From the NCBI GenBank assembly GCA_903850505.1, contig CAINLT010000094.1:2016-66015 (forward strand): a stretch of DNA of 64,000 nt, given 5' to 3'. Within the stretch, counting starts at the first letter, position 1. Each line of letters starts with the position of its first letter. The DNA is from an uncultured Myxococcales bacterium (GTDB taxonomy: Bacteria; Myxococcota_A; UBA9042). The notes beneath the pieces were generated by a model that worked only from the letters and a program-made list of their open reading frames with translations, was not told the origin of the DNA and searched no databases. Below are positions 8,803 through 19,640 of this stretch, in pieces. Position numbers and translations under genes: made by a program.

Positions 8803-9756
8803 ATGGAGAAATCCAACGTTCTGGCCCTTGCCGTTGTCGTGGCGATGGGCGGTTTTGTCGTCGGTAGCTGGGATGCCAAGACGCAAGCACACGGGCCCGT
8901 GATGCCCGCCGCGGCTGCGCCTGAAGCCGCGCCTGCTGCTGCGCCAACGCCCGCACCTGAGCCCGCGTCCGCGGCACCGACCCCAGCGCCTGCTGCGGTT
9001 GCGCCGTCACCCAGTCCGTCGCCTGCGCCCGCTGCGGCCAAGGCCTCGGGCAGTCTGGACAGCCAGACCGATGAAGGCGCCGGCAAGGGCGTAGACGTCG
9101 CCAAGATGGGCGTGTCGCCCAAGGACATGAGCAGCCCGTATCTCGGCGCCAAAGACGCCGCGGTCGTGGTCAACGTGTACAGCGACTTCCAGTGCCCGGT
9201 GTGCAAGCGGTCGGCCGATCCGATCAAGCAGCTCGCCGCGGATTTTCCGGGCAAGGTCAAGGTCTTCTTCCGCAACAACGCGCTGGAGATGCACGGGCGT
9301 TCCAAGCCCGCCGCTCTCGCAGCCTGGGCGGCCAAGAAGCAGGGCAAGTTCTGGCAGTACCACGATAAACTGTTTGAGACCGGCGCGTTGGACGACGCCA
9401 GCTTGGAGAACACGGCCAAGGAGCTGGGTCTGAACATGGAACAGTGGAAGAAGGACGTCGCCGACCCGAAGAACGCCGAGCGTCTGGCTGAAGAGTCCAA
9501 GTGGGCCGAGACGATGGGCGCGACGGGCACGCCGGGCTTCTTCGTCAACGGCACGCGGCAGGTGGGCTGGGGCAGCTACATGGCGCTCAAGTCCATGGTC
9601 CAGCGCGAAGTGGAGAAGGCCGACGAGCAGAAGGGCCAGCCGCTCAAGACCGTGCTCGCCGAGCGCATCAAGGCGACCGCGGCCAAGAACACCAAGGACG
9701 ACAAGGAAGGCGCGATCGATCCCGAAAAGTGGGCGCAGCTTCTCGCCCACGACTAA
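8803..9756 (+). CDS. DsbA-family thiol:disulfide oxidoreductase with an N-terminal membrane anchor and a Pro/Ala linker
   Basis: The thioredoxin active site is YSDFQCPVCKR. A DsbA-like helical insert reads FWQYHDKLF, and GATGTPGFFVNG carries the cis-Pro loop context. CAGGAG lies 9 nt upstream of ATG 8803; GTG 8794 is an alternative start. Confidence 0.8.
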   Translation: MEKSNVLALAVVVAMGGFVVGSWDAKTQAHGPVMPAAAAPEAAPAAAPTPAPEPASAAPTPAPAAVAPSPSPSPAPAAAKASGSLDSQTDEGAGKGVDVAKMGVSPKDMSSPYLGAKDAAVVVNVYSDFQCPVCKRSADPIKQLAADFPGKVKVFFRNNALEMHGRSKPAALAAWAAKKQGKFWQYHDKLFETGALDDASLENTAKELGLNMEQWKKDVADPKNAERLAEESKWAETMGATGTPGFFVNGTRQVGWGSYMALKSMVQREVEKADEQKGQPLKTVLAERIKATAAKNTKDDKEGAIDPEKWAQLLAHD

Positions 9757-9774
9757 GGCGCCACGCCGATTCGC

Positions 9775-12700
9775 TTAGACCCGCAGCGCGAGCGCAGTCG
9801 GCGTCTTGAGCTTGGACTTTACGAGCTCCCGCACGCCGCCCTGCCACGTCAGCTGACCGCCGCTCTCGCCCGCACCCGGGCCCAGATCGACGAGCCAATC
9901 GGCCTCTTTCACGATATCCAGCTGATGCTCGATGACGACCAGCGTGTCGCCGCGGTCCACCAGCGCGTGCAACACGCCCAGCAGCTTGCGCACGTCTTCC
10001 AGATGCAGCCCCGTCGACGGCTCGTCGAGCACATACAGCGTCTCCGTCCGGCGCTTCTTGGCCAGCTCCAGGATGAGCTTCAGGCGCTGCGCCTCGCCGC
10101 CTGACAGCGTGTGGCTGCCTTGGCCCAGCGTGAGGTAGCCGAGGCCCAGCTGCACCGCCAACTCCAGCGGCGCCGCGATCGCCCGCACCGCGGCGAAGTG
10201 GTTGGCCGCTTCCGCCATCGACATCGCCAGCACGTCGGCCATGGACGCGCCCTTGTGGCGCACGGCCAGCACGGGCTCCTGATAGCGTCGGCCTTGGCAC
10301 GCCTCGCACGGCACGAAGACCGTCGGCAGGAAGCTCATTTCCACGCGCACCTGACCCGCGCCGAGGCACGTCTCGCACCGCCCGCCGGCCGTGTTGAAGC
10401 TGAACTTGTTGGCGGTCAGCCCGCGCACCTTGGCGTCGGGCAGGTTGGCGAAAAGCGCGCGGAGGTCGTCGAAGATCGCCATGTAGGTCGCTGGACAACT
10501 GCGTGGCGTGCGGCCGATCGGGCTCTGGTCCACTTCCACGATGCGGCCAAAGCCGGTCAGGCCATCGATCCCGTCCAGATCCGCGACGAACGCCTGCTCC
10601 TGCAGCATCGCGTTGCCCACCGGCACCAGCAGATCCCGCACCAGCGTCGATTTGCCTGACCCTGACACGCCCGTCACCGCGTTGAAGCGGCCGCGGGCGA
10701 ACTTTGCCGTTACGTTCTGCAGGTTGTTGTGGCGCGCGCCCCGCACCGTGATGAACTGCTCCGCCGCCGCGCGCGGCTCCTTGCGCACGCGCCGCGTGTG
10801 CGGATCGCGCAGCGCCTGACCGGTGGGCGAGTCCTTGGCCACCAGCAGTTCCGCCAGCGTGCCCTGGAACACCACCTGTCCGCCGGTATTGCCGCCGCCC
10901 GGCCCGAGCTCAATGATGTGGTCCGCGCGGCGAATCGTCTCCTCATCGTGCTCAACGACGAGCAAGCCGTTGCCGCGCGTCACCAGGCCATCCAGCGCAT
11001 CGAGCACCTTGGCGTTGTCGGCCGGATGCAGGCCGATCGTCGGCTCATCGAGCACGTACAGCACGCCGCGCAGGTTGGAACTCAACTGCGCTGCGAGCCG
11101 AATCCGCTGGCTCTCACCGCCGGACAGCGTCGTCGCTGCGCGCCCGAGCGCGAGGTAATCGAGGCCGACGCGCGCAAGAAACGCACAGCGCGCGGCAACT
11201 TCTGCGACGATCGGATCGGCGACTTGGGCATCGCGGCGATTCCAGCGCACCGCCTCCAGCCACGTCTGCAGCTTGGCCGGACCCTGGCGCACCGCCACGT
11301 CGATCGTCTGGCCCGCGACGAGCACCGAGCGCGCTTCCGGCCGCAACCGGCTGCCCTGGCACGTGTGACACGCTTCCACCAACCGCACCGCGTCTTCGTC
11401 CAGCTTCTCGCCGCCATCGGGCAGGCCGGACTTGGCCAGATCGGCCGTCGACTTGCCGTCTTCCTTGTGTTTCTTGCGCTTCTTGGGCTTGTCCGCGACA
11501 ACCGCAGGTTCAATTCCCGTACCCTGACACGCTTTGCACCAGCCCGCGGCCGACGTGAACGTGAAGAGCCGCGGATCCGGCGCCTCCACGGAGATATCGC
11601 AGCGGCCGCAGTGCCGCCGGAGCGACCACGGCACGGCGACTGTCTCCGACGTGCGCGCCATCACGGTGCCGTCGCCCAGACCGAGCGCGATGTCCACGGC
11701 TTCCGCGATCCGCGCCGCGCGGTTCGGCATGTCGCCGGGAATGCGGGCGACGACGAAATCGATGTCATGCACCACAAAACGCCGCAGCGGCGGCACGGCC
11801 TGGATCGGCACCAGCGCGCCATCGACGTGCAGCCAAGCGTGACTGAACCCGATCGCGCGATCGACGATGCCCTGATGGTGGCCTTTGCGGCCGCGCACGG
11901 CCGGCGCCATCACGTAGACCGGCGCCTGACCGAAACGCTCGGTGATCGCGTCCGCCACGTCCGTCGCCGTCTGGCCCGAGACCGCCCCGCCACACTTGGG
12001 GCAGAGCTGCGTGCCGCAGCGGGCATACAGCAGGCGCAGGTACGGGTAGATATCGGTCAGCGTCGCAACCGTCGAGCGCGTGCCGCCGCGCGTCGTGCGC
12101 TGGGCGATCGCGACGGTCGGCGGCAGGCCCGCGAGGCTCTCAACGTCGGGGCGGCTCGCTGGCGGCAAGTACTGGCGCGCGTACGGCGAGAGGCAATCGA
12201 GAAAACGCCGCTGACCTTCCGCGAACACGACGTCGAACGCGAGGCTGGATTTGCCCGAACCCGAGAGACCCGTGACGACCGTAAAGCGGTCGCGCGGCAA
12301 ATCGAGCGAGATGTTGCGCAGGTTGTGGACGCGCGCGCCGCGCACCGCGACGTGGCCCGGGTCGCGCTGCACATCGAGCAGCAGCGACTCCGCGGTGTCG
12401 AGGCCCAAACCCGCCGCGCGTTGGTAGTGGGCGCCCAGCTTGTGCCGCCGCAGATGCGCGGCCGTCGGCGTGTCGCGCTCAGCCAGCCCCGCAGCGTCAC
12501 CCTGATACAGCACGTGACCGCCCGCCGGCCCGCCATCGGGCCCCAATTCCACGACGTGGTCCGCGGCGGCGATCAGATCCAGATGATGCTCGACAAGCAC
12601 GACCGTGTTGCCCGCCGCCGTCAGCGCCCGCAGGTTCTTCAGCAGGATCGCCACGTCGTGCAAGTGCAGGCCGGTCGACGGCTCATCCAGCAGGAACAGC

Positions 12701-15288
12701 GCATTTTTGGTCCGCGCTTGCAGCAGGTGCCACGCGATCTTGACGCGCTGCGATTCGCCGCCGGACAGCGTGGACAGCGGCTGGCCCAGGCGCAGGTAGC
12801 CCAGACCGAGCTCCGTCAGCGCCCGCATCGGATTGGCCAGCGTCGCGTCAAAGGCGAATTCCTGGGCGACCTCGGCTGCCGTCATGTTCAGGAAGTCCGC
12901 GGCGCTCTTGCCGCGGTGGCGAACTTGCAGGACGTCCGTGCGAAAGCGCTGGCCCTCGCAGGCCTCGCAGGTCATGTGCACGTCGCTCAGGAACTGCATG
13001 TCGACGGTCTCGAAGCCGAGGCCTTCGCACACCGCGCACCGGCCGCCTTCGCGGTTGAAGCTGAACGTCGCGGGCGTGTACCCGCGAGCGACCGCCAGCG
13101 GTTCCTCGGCCAGCCGGCTGCGGATGGCGTCCCAGACCTTCAGGTAGGTCGCGCAGTTGGCGCGGCTCGCAGCGGCCGGCATCTCCTGATCGACCAGCAC
13201 GACTTCGCCGATCGGCAGGTCGCAGTCGATGCCCGCGCACGCGCCCGGTTCATCGACCGACTCGCCGCGCTGCCGCAACAACTGCCGGTACAGCACTTCC
13301 TCAATCAGCGTCGACTTGCCCGATCCGGACACGCCGCACACCGCGTTGAGCGCGCCTTGCAGCAGGCGGACATCCTCGCCGCGCAGGTTGCGCGCCGTCG
13401 GCTCGCGGATCGTCAGCCATTTCTGCTGGCGGATCGCCGCTTTGCGCTTGGACTGCTGGAGGGACGGCGCCTCGTCCAGCACGTCCACTTGGCGCCGGCC
13501 GGTCAGGTAATCCGCCGTCAGGCAATCTTTCGCCGTCGCCAGCCCAGCCGCCGGGCCAAAATACTGCAGCGCACCGCCTTCTGAACCCGCGCCCGGACCG
13601 AGATCGATGATCGTATCCGCCGCCAGCATCAGCGCCGGATCGTGCTCCACGACCACGACCGTATTGCCCGCCGTGCGCATCCGCTCGAGGATCCGCAGCA
13701 GCCGGTCATTGTCGCGCGGATGCAGGCCGACGGACGGCTCGTCGAGCACGTACAGCACCTGACTCATGCCGGTTGCCAGCGCGGCGACAAGTTGCACGCG
13801 CTGCAGCTCGCCGCCGGACAGCGTGCGTGCGGCCCGGTCGAGCGAGAGGTAGTGCAGGCCGACCTCGTCCAGAAACTCGATCCGCTGGCGCACTTCCCGC
13901 AGCGGTTGCTCCAGCGCGACCTGGGCCATCTCCGCCAAGTGCAGCGTCCGCAGTCGGTCCTGCACGTCGCGCAGCGGCGCGGCGAGCCACTCCGGCAGGC
14001 TCCAGCCCTGCAATTTCCATGCGCGCGCCTCCGCCCGGAGCCGCGTGCCCTCACACATGGGACACGGCACGTAGGCGCGGTAGCGGGCGAGCAATACGCG
14101 GACGTGCATCTTGTACGTGCGGCTCTCCTGCCACTTGAACCAGCCGCGGATGCCATAGAACTTGCCGGCGCGGACGCTGCCTTTCTCGCCAGCGATAATG
14201 GCCGCGCGCTGTTCCTCGGTGAGCGCGATCCACGGCACGTCCATCGGAATTACCATGCGCTCGCAGAAACGCGCGAGATCGCGGCGTTCATCCGTCGTCG
14301 ATTCGGTGGACCACGGCTTGATGGCGCCTTGCTTCAGCGTCTTGCGGCCATCAGGCACGACGCGGTCGAGGTCGAGATCCGCCAAGCGGCCAAAACCGTT
14401 GCACGCCGGGCACGCGCCCACCGCCGAGTTGAAGCTGAAGAGATGGGGCGACGGCGGTTCGATCTCCGTGGCGCACGTGGCGCACCGCAGGCTGCCGGTC
14501 GCGCGGAATTGCCAGAACCCCGCGGATGCGCCGATCCGGGCAAACGCGTTCATCTCAAACGCTTCGCCGTCCAGCCAGATCGACACGGCGCCGGACCCGC
14601 GGCGCATCGCCTGCTCCAGCGAGTCAAACAGCCGCGAGCGCTCCGCGGCATCCACGACGAGGCGATCCTGCAGCACGTGGACGGGCACGCCGACGCGATC
14701 ATCGGTCAGGAGGTCAGCCAGCGGTTGCGCGCGACCCGCCTCGAACGCGCGCGTATAGCCCGCGGCGGCCAGGCCAAGCAGGGCGGTCTGGGCGGAAAGT
14801 GTCGAGAGAACGGGCAGTTCAAACGTGATGGCGGCCTTGCGCCCCGCAGCATGGGTCAGCAGCGCGTCTGCCAACACGCCGAGCGAAGTCCGCTGCACCG
14901 CCGCGCCGCACTTGGGACACTGCGGCGTCGAACCATGGGCGAACAGCATGCGAAAGTGCTCGCCGAGCTCCGTCAGCGTGGCGACCGTGGCCCGCGCGGC
15001 GCGGATCGTCCGGCCCTGACGGAGCGCAACAGAAGGAAGGATTCCCTTGATTTCAGCAACATGCGGGCGATCCATGCGCTCGATGAACTGGCGGGCGTAG
15101 GACGAAAGGCATTCGACGTAGCGGCGCTGGCCTTCGGCATACAGCGTGTCAAACGCCAGCGAGGACTTGCCCGACCCGGAAACGCCCGTGATGACGATCA
15201 GCTGCCCAAGCGGCAGCTCGAGATCGAAGCCGCGCAGGTTGTTCTGGCGAATGCCGCGGAGGGAGATGACAGGAGTGGAGGGCTGCAC
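9775..15288 (-). CDS. Tandem-duplicated UvrA-like ABC ATPase: a UvrA-UvrA fusion of 1837 aa with four nucleotide-binding modules
   Basis: There are four Walker A sites: [36 protein letters not shown]. There are four ABC signatures: [32 protein letters not shown]. Zinc-module CxxC pairs are CPKCG, CPACNG, CAVCEG, CEACEG. The track ORF 9775..17094 reads through the tRNA antisense. I place the start at GTG 15288, with AGGA 8 nt upstream, just before [20 protein letters not shown]. Confidence 0.85.
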   Translation of the reverse strand: MQPSTPVISLRGIRQNNLRGFDLELPLGQLIVITGVSGSGKSSLAFDTLYAEGQRRYVECLSSYARQFIERMDRPHVAEIKGILPSVALRQGRTIRAARATVATLTELGEHFRMLFAHGSTPQCPKCGAAVQRTSLGVLADALLTHAAGRKAAITFELPVLSTLSAQTALLGLAAAGYTRAFEAGRAQPLADLLTDDRVGVPVHVLQDRLVVDAAERSRLFDSLEQAMRRGSGAVSIWLDGEAFEMNAFARIGASAGFWQFRATGSLRCATCATEIEPPSPHLFSFNSAVGACPACNGFGRLADLDLDRVVPDGRKTLKQGAIKPWSTESTTDERRDLARFCERMVIPMDVPWIALTEEQRAAIIAGEKGSVRAGKFYGIRGWFKWQESRTYKMHVRVLLARYRAYVPCPMCEGTRLRAEARAWKLQGWSLPEWLAAPLRDVQDRLRTLHLAEMAQVALEQPLREVRQRIEFLDEVGLHYLSLDRAARTLSGGELQRVQLVAALATGMSQVLYVLDEPSVGLHPRDNDRLLRILERMRTAGNTVVVVEHDPALMLAADTIIDLGPGAGSEGGALQYFGPAAGLATAKDCLTADYLTGRRQVDVLDEAPSLQQSKRKAAIRQQKWLTIREPTARNLRGEDVRLLQGALNAVCGVSGSGKSTLIEEVLYRQLLRQRGESVDEPGACAGIDCDLPIGEVVLVDQEMPAAASRANCATYLKVWDAIRSRLAEEPLAVARGYTPATFSFNREGGRCAVCEGLGFETVDMQFLSDVHMTCEACEGQRFRTDVLQVRHRGKSAADFLNMTAAEVAQEFAFDATLANPMRALTELGLGYLRLGQPLSTLSGGESQRVKIAWHLLQARTKNALFLLDEPSTGLHLHDVAILLKNLRALTAAGNTVVLVEHHLDLIAAADHVVELGPDGGPAGGHVLYQGDAAGLAERDTPTAAHLRRHKLGAHYQRAAGLGLDTAESLLLDVQRDPGHVAVRGARVHNLRNISLDLPRDRFTVVTGLSGSGKSSLAFDVVFAEGQRRFLDCLSPYARQYLPPASRPDVESLAGLPPTVAIAQRTTRGGTRSTVATLTDIYPYLRLLYARCGTQLCPKCGGAVSGQTATDVADAITERFGQAPVYVMAPAVRGRKGHHQGIVDRAIGFSHAWLHVDGALVPIQAVPPLRRFVVHDIDFVVARIPGDMPNRAARIAEAVDIALGLGDGTVMARTSETVAVPWSLRRHCGRCDISVEAPDPRLFTFTSAAGWCKACQGTGIEPAVVADKPKKRKKHKEDGKSTADLAKSGLPDGGEKLDEDAVRLVEACHTCQGSRLRPEARSVLVAGQTIDVAVRQGPAKLQTWLEAVRWNRRDAQVADPIVAEVAARCAFLARVGLDYLALGRAATTLSGGESQRIRLAAQLSSNLRGVLYVLDEPTIGLHPADNAKVLDALDGLVTRGNGLLVVEHDEETIRRADHIIELGPGGGNTGGQVVFQGTLAELLVAKDSPTGQALRDPHTRRVRKEPRAAAEQFITVRGARHNNLQNVTAKFARGRFNAVTGVSGSGKSTLVRDLLVPVGNAMLQEQAFVADLDGIDGLTGFGRIVEVDQSPIGRTPRSCPATYMAIFDDLRALFANLPDAKVRGLTANKFSFNTAGGRCETCLGAGQVRVEMSFLPTVFVPCEACQGRRYQEPVLAVRHKGASMADVLAMSMAEAANHFAAVRAIAAPLELAVQLGLGYLTLGQGSHTLSGGEAQRLKLILELAKKRRTETLYVLDEPSTGLHLEDVRKLLGVLHALVDRGDTLVVIEHQLDIVKEADWLVDLGPGAGESGGQLTWQGGVRELVKSKLKTPTALALRV

Positions 15289-15435
15289 GGGAAGTCCTGA
15301 CGGCTGGAGCGGCCGGAATCGGGCCCATAGGATGCCACGGTGGCGGATTCGGTGCGAGTAGAGTTGACGCGGACGGCGCGCCGCGATACGAATCCGCCGC
15401 AACGGGGCCGCGCGCTCCGGTGGTGTGGAAAGAAT

Positions 15436-15510
<75 letters not shown>

Positions 15511-15561
15511 AATAATCAATAGGGTACGCGACAAACCGACCCAATGCCCCTGCCTGGGTGA

Positions 15562-16137
15562 CAACATTGTGCCGCAGGACTCCCATCCGCGCGCTGCAGC
15601 GACGGCGATCGGTGCACCATCGGCGACAAGTGCGCCGCGGGCGTGCGCGTGGCCGGCCAGGGGAACATCTGCGACTGCAAAATCGATGCCGACTGCGCGG
15701 TGCAGGGCAGCGCCGACCTGTGCGTGGCCAACCGCGTCTGTAGCGGCGACCAATGCGTCCTCGGAACGCCGCCAGCGCCTTGCCCGCAATCGCCGACGCG
15801 GTGCCAGGTCAACGCCTGCGATCCGGCCAGCGGTCAATGCGCGCTCGTTGCCGTCGACGACGGCTCGCCGTGCGTCGACGGCGACCCATGCACGAACGAC
15901 TTCTGCCTGCCCGCGTTCGGCTGCTACCACCCGTTCAACAGCGCGCCTGTGACCTCGTCGCTGCCCAAGTGTAAAAATCGTTCCGCGCAGTTCGCCGTCC
16001 TGTCGCATCGGCGCAATGCAGCGCCATCGCCGCGCATATTCCCCTTGCCGATGCACGCCATCCGCATTGACCAGTTGCCGCGCTATTGGCCGGCGACTAA
16101 GCTCGCGCTCGACGCGCCTTTTCGCGGATTTTTTTGA
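15562..16137 (+). pseudogene. 5'-truncated fragment of a Cys-rich CTxDxC-repeat gene abutting the tRNA
   Basis: The in-frame sequence begins right after a stop at 15559-15561. It reads CSDGDRCTIGDKCAAG...CDPASGQCALVAVDDGSPCVDGDPCTNDFCLPAFGCYHP, the same module as in the 21960, 28853 and 43067 genes. It has no signal peptide and no upstream coding continuation. The only in-frame start (GTG 15643) falls inside the repeat region. Confidence 0.5.
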
Positions 16138-16155
16138 CACGGCAAGGGAGACGGC

Positions 16156-17115
16156 ATGGCTCGAGTTCTGATTACCGGGGGATTTGGCACGATTGGCCGC
16201 TGGGTCGTCCGCGAAATGCAGGCGCAAAATCACGACGTGACGGTGCTGGAATTGGCCACGCCGCGCAATCGCAAAATAGCCCGCGAGTTCACGTCGATCC
16301 GCTTGATTTGGGGCGATTTGCGCGACGTCGCGGCTGTCGCTGACGCGGTGGCAGGGCAGGAGTACGTCGTGCATTTGGCGTGTATTCTCCCACCGCTGGC
16401 GGACACGGATCCGGATTTTGCCCAGACCGTGAATGTCGGCGGGACGCAGCACGTCATCGACGCCTGCCGCGCGCAGCCGATGCCGCCGCGACTGATTCAT
16501 GGGTCGTCGGGGGAGGTCTACGGCGCGACCCGGCACCTGGCGCCGCCACGGACGATTGACGAGGCGCGCATCGCGGTCAATCACTATTCCGCGCACAAAA
16601 TCGCCGCGGAAGAGCGGGTGCAAGCTTCCGGACTGGACCATGTCATCGTGCGTTTCAGCGCGGTGATCGACATTGCGCTGACCAATTCCCACCCGCTGAT
16701 GTTCGATTTTCCCGTCGACGTGCGCATGGAGCTCCTGCATGCCGCCGACGCTGCACTCGCCGTGACCAACTGCCTGCGCACCGAGGCGATTTGGGGCCGC
16801 GGCGCCATTCTGCCTCTGGCCGGCGGTGAGCGTTGTCGCACGACTTATGGCGATTTTCTGACGCGGATGCTGGAGACGCTGGGCGTGGGCGCGCTGCCCG
16901 CGGAGGCCTTCACGCGCGAAGATTACCCGTCCGACTGGCACGACACGCTGGAGTCGCAGACGCTGCTGCAGTACCAGCGCCATTCGCTCGATGATATTTG
17001 CGGCCAGGTCGGCGACCTGCTGGGCTGGCGGCGCTGGTTCCTGCCGCTCGCGCGGCCGTTTGTCCGGCGCTCGATCCTCAGCAAATCTGCGCATCTGCGG
17101 CAGCGCACCGCTTGA
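16156..17115 (+). CDS. NAD-dependent epimerase/dehydratase (extended SDR family)
   Basis: The Rossmann motif is VLITGGFGTIGRWV and the catalytic YxxxK is YSAHKIAAE. Confidence 0.85.
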   Translation: MARVLITGGFGTIGRWVVREMQAQNHDVTVLELATPRNRKIAREFTSIRLIWGDLRDVAAVADAVAGQEYVVHLACILPPLADTDPDFAQTVNVGGTQHVIDACRAQPMPPRLIHGSSGEVYGATRHLAPPRTIDEARIAVNHYSAHKIAAEERVQASGLDHVIVRFSAVIDIALTNSHPLMFDFPVDVRMELLHAADAALAVTNCLRTEAIWGRGAILPLAGGERCRTTYGDFLTRMLETLGVGALPAEAFTREDYPSDWHDTLESQTLLQYQRHSLDDICGQVGDLLGWRRWFLPLARPFVRRSILSKSAHLRQRTA

Positions 17116-17118
17116 CGA

Positions 17119-17670
17119 CTACGGTGTCTTCTTCTGGAACGCCTGGTAAAACGCCCGCGTCAGCTCGCGCATTTTCGGCCCCAGCCACGCGACAAAACCG
17201 CGCAGCGCGCGGCCGACCGGCCCGAGCTTGGCCTCGAAGACCGTCTCCAGCGTCTCGATCCCGTCGTAGATATCGACCTGGCGGATGATTTGCGCGTCGT
17301 CGTTGAAGGTAATCGCGGACATGCCCGGAAATTCGTAGTAGCTGCCGTCGGGCCGCTTGCCCGGCAGGCGGTTCAGCCAGTGCACGACGACGCGCCCCTC
17401 ATCGATGACGACCCATTGCACGGGATAGCTCCACTCTTCCAGGCCAATCATCGAGTCGTGCAGCCACTCCGTGATCGCCTTCCGGCCGTGCAGCCAGCCG
17501 TAAAACGCGTCGTGATACGTGGCATTCTCCGCGTAAATATGGCCCATTTTCTCCCAATCGCCGCCGGCATACGCGCCTTTGGACAGCAGGTGACGATTGT
17601 ACGCGGCTTGGGTCTGTTCGCGGGTCAACTTGCCGGCGGGCGGCGCGGGTTCAAAGGTAAAACGCTTCAT
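17119..17670 (-). CDS. SnoaL-like / NTF2-fold protein
   Basis: The 183-aa product carries ENATYHDAFYGWLHGRKAITEWL and WVVIDEGRVVVHWLN. Its size and pattern are typical of NTF2-like cyclase or isomerase folds. The assignment is from memory of the fold signature. Confidence 0.7.
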   Translation of the reverse strand: MKRFTFEPAPPAGKLTREQTQAAYNRHLLSKGAYAGGDWEKMGHIYAENATYHDAFYGWLHGRKAITEWLHDSMIGLEEWSYPVQWVVIDEGRVVVHWLNRLPGKRPDGSYYEFPGMSAITFNDDAQIIRQVDIYDGIETLETVFEAKLGPVGRALRGFVAWLGPKMRELTRAFYQAFQKKTP

Positions 17671-17705
17671 GGGCCTCTCAGGTTCGAGTCAAAAAGGTGG
17701 ACGGT

Positions 17706-18194
17706 TCAGGCGGTGGCGAAGTCGCGGAGATAGCCTCTCGTAATCCAAGCAAACAGCGGCGCCGCGAGCAGGCACGCGCCCAGCGCGAGCGGCAGCGGCA
17801 GCACGGCGGCGGTCAGCACGACGACGAACGCGTGCGTTGCCGTGTCCATCAACAGCCCAAATTCCTTGGCGAACCACATCAGCGGCTGCTTCTGGCGGCT
17901 GGACAGCGCGGAGCGCAGCAGGAAGTCGTGGGCATACTTGTCGATCGTCGTGTACGAAGCGTGCGTCGCGACGTGCAGGCCGACGGCGATTTGTCCGGCG
18001 AGTGAATGCGCCACCTGGGGAAAGGCCACGAACCAGGCGATGAACAGCGCCACTTCCGACCCAAAAAACTGCCAGCGCGTGCCGCCGCGGATGGACGGTT
18101 CATACCACAGGCGCAGCAACGGTCCCGCGTGCAGCGCCAGGTAAAGCACGCCGACGACGAAGACTACAAACTGCAGGGGCATGGATTCCAACAT
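17706..18194 (-). CDS. Small polytopic membrane protein of unknown function
   Basis: The 162-aa product has four hydrophobic segments: FVVFVVGVLYLALHAG, ALFIAWFVAFPQV, THAFVVVLTAAVLPLPLALGA and others. It is packed between the SnoaL-like and FAD oxidoreductase genes on the same strand. Confidence 0.7.
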   Translation of the reverse strand: MLESMPLQFVVFVVGVLYLALHAGPLLRLWYEPSIRGGTRWQFFGSEVALFIAWFVAFPQVAHSLAGQIAVGLHVATHASYTTIDKYAHDFLLRSALSSRQKQPLMWFAKEFGLLMDTATHAFVVVLTAAVLPLPLALGACLLAAPLFAWITRGYLRDFATA

Positions 18195-18221
18195 GATTTC
18201 CTCAACGTCCGTGGTCTGCGG

Positions 18222-19535
18222 CTAGGCGGGCTGCGGTTCCAGCCGCGGCGTTTGCCCCGGCAGTGCCTGCATGTTCGGGTGTTCGCGCTCGGTGGAGAGC
18301 AGCGCGAGACGCGGCAGCGTCGCATCCAGCCCGCGACAGGCGAGAATGGCTGACACCACGGCGTCCTCGTGGCAGCCGATGTCGTGGGTCCAGTCACCGG
18401 CAAAGGACACGTGGTGCTGCCCTTGAATCCGCGCCAACTCCTCCTGTGCGTCGTAGTGCCCGGGCGTGATCAGCGGCAAGTGAAAGGTGCTCACGTTGTA
18501 ACAGTTTTTCGGCTCGCGATCGCTCAGATAGCTCGTGAACACCTCACTGCCGCGGTGCGCGTCGGTCCAGACCGTCAAATTGGCACGATCGCCGTCCGCC
18601 ATGATGTTGGCGGCTTGCCAGTCGCCGCGGCGGGGCGGCATGAACGACGGGTCGCTGTGGGTCGCCAAGCGCACCGAGTAATACTCGAAGCCCGACAGGA
18701 CCTTGCGCGCCACGTCCAGGCCCGGCGCCTCGCGGATCAGCGCCTGCGCATCGCGCGCGCCCGTGGCGACGAGGATGTGGTCAAACTCACGCGCGACGCC
18801 GTGCTGGTCGTGCACGCGCCAGCCCGTCAGCGTCGGCTCAAACTGTTCAACGGCTGTCCCGGCCAGCACGGTCGTCGTGCGCAGCGTCGCGGCCACGGAC
18901 TGGATGTACGACGCGGCGCCGTCGCGCACGACGTGCCATTTATAGCGCGCCAGCGAGCTCGGGCGGTGAAACACCAAGTATTTCATCAGCGTGTAAGCGG
19001 AAAAATCCGCCATGCGCTCGTAGGGACCGCCCCACGTACCTGCGACGATGGGCGTGAGCAGGTCGCGCACGAAATCCGCATTGAACTTATGCTTCGCGAC
19101 GAATTCGCCCCAGCTCACGCGGTTGTCGTGGTTGTGAACCATGGGCGTCGCCAAGGCGATTGCGCGATTGAGTTCCAGCAGGTCCCGCACCGTCGCGGGC
19201 CGGCTCAGCGTGCGCCACCAGGTGGCGAGCGTCGTCGGCGGCAGGACGAGCGTGCGTCCTTGGCGCCGCTGCGTAAACGACGCCGACATCGGCACAATCC
19301 GCGTCGGAACGCCGATCAGCTCCAAAAGCCGCATGTAATTTGGGTACAACACGTCGCTGAACCAAGCGAAGCCGTCGTCCGCGTGGTGCTGCTTGCCGTC
19401 CAGTTCAATCGTCGTCGTGTGCGCGTGGCCGCCCAGCTCGGCGTTGCGCTCAAACAGCGTGATGTCGTGCTGGCCGTCCAAAAGCCACGCCGAGGTCATG
19501 CCGGCGCCGCCCGATCCGATGATGGCAATCTTCAA
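18222..19535 (-). CDS. FAD/NAD(P)-binding oxidoreductase (amine-oxidase-like)
   Basis: The N-terminal dinucleotide fold is MKIAIIGSGGAGMTSAWLL...DITLFERNAELGGHAHT. Confidence 0.85.
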   Translation of the reverse strand: MKIAIIGSGGAGMTSAWLLDGQHDITLFERNAELGGHAHTTTIELDGKQHHADDGFAWFSDVLYPNYMRLLELIGVPTRIVPMSASFTQRRQGRTLVLPPTTLATWWRTLSRPATVRDLLELNRAIALATPMVHNHDNRVSWGEFVAKHKFNADFVRDLLTPIVAGTWGGPYERMADFSAYTLMKYLVFHRPSSLARYKWHVVRDGAASYIQSVAATLRTTTVLAGTAVEQFEPTLTGWRVHDQHGVAREFDHILVATGARDAQALIREAPGLDVARKVLSGFEYYSVRLATHSDPSFMPPRRGDWQAANIMADGDRANLTVWTDAHRGSEVFTSYLSDREPKNCYNVSTFHLPLITPGHYDAQEELARIQGQHHVSFAGDWTHDIGCHEDAVVSAILACRGLDATLPRLALLSTEREHPNMQALPGQTPRLEPQPA

Positions 19536-19640
19536 ATGGAACTCTCCGCTCGGGCCGCCCGCACGACGGCGCTTCAGTCTTTCTCTGCGCCGGCCTCAGT
19601 CAAGGTCATGCTCAGGGTTTACACGTGATATCCGAAACTT

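Noticed and set aside
10729-15300. Long + strand ORFs 10729..13584 and 13642..15300
   Set aside because: They are antisense to the UvrA-UvrA gene, Arg/Ala/His-rich, and carry no motifs.
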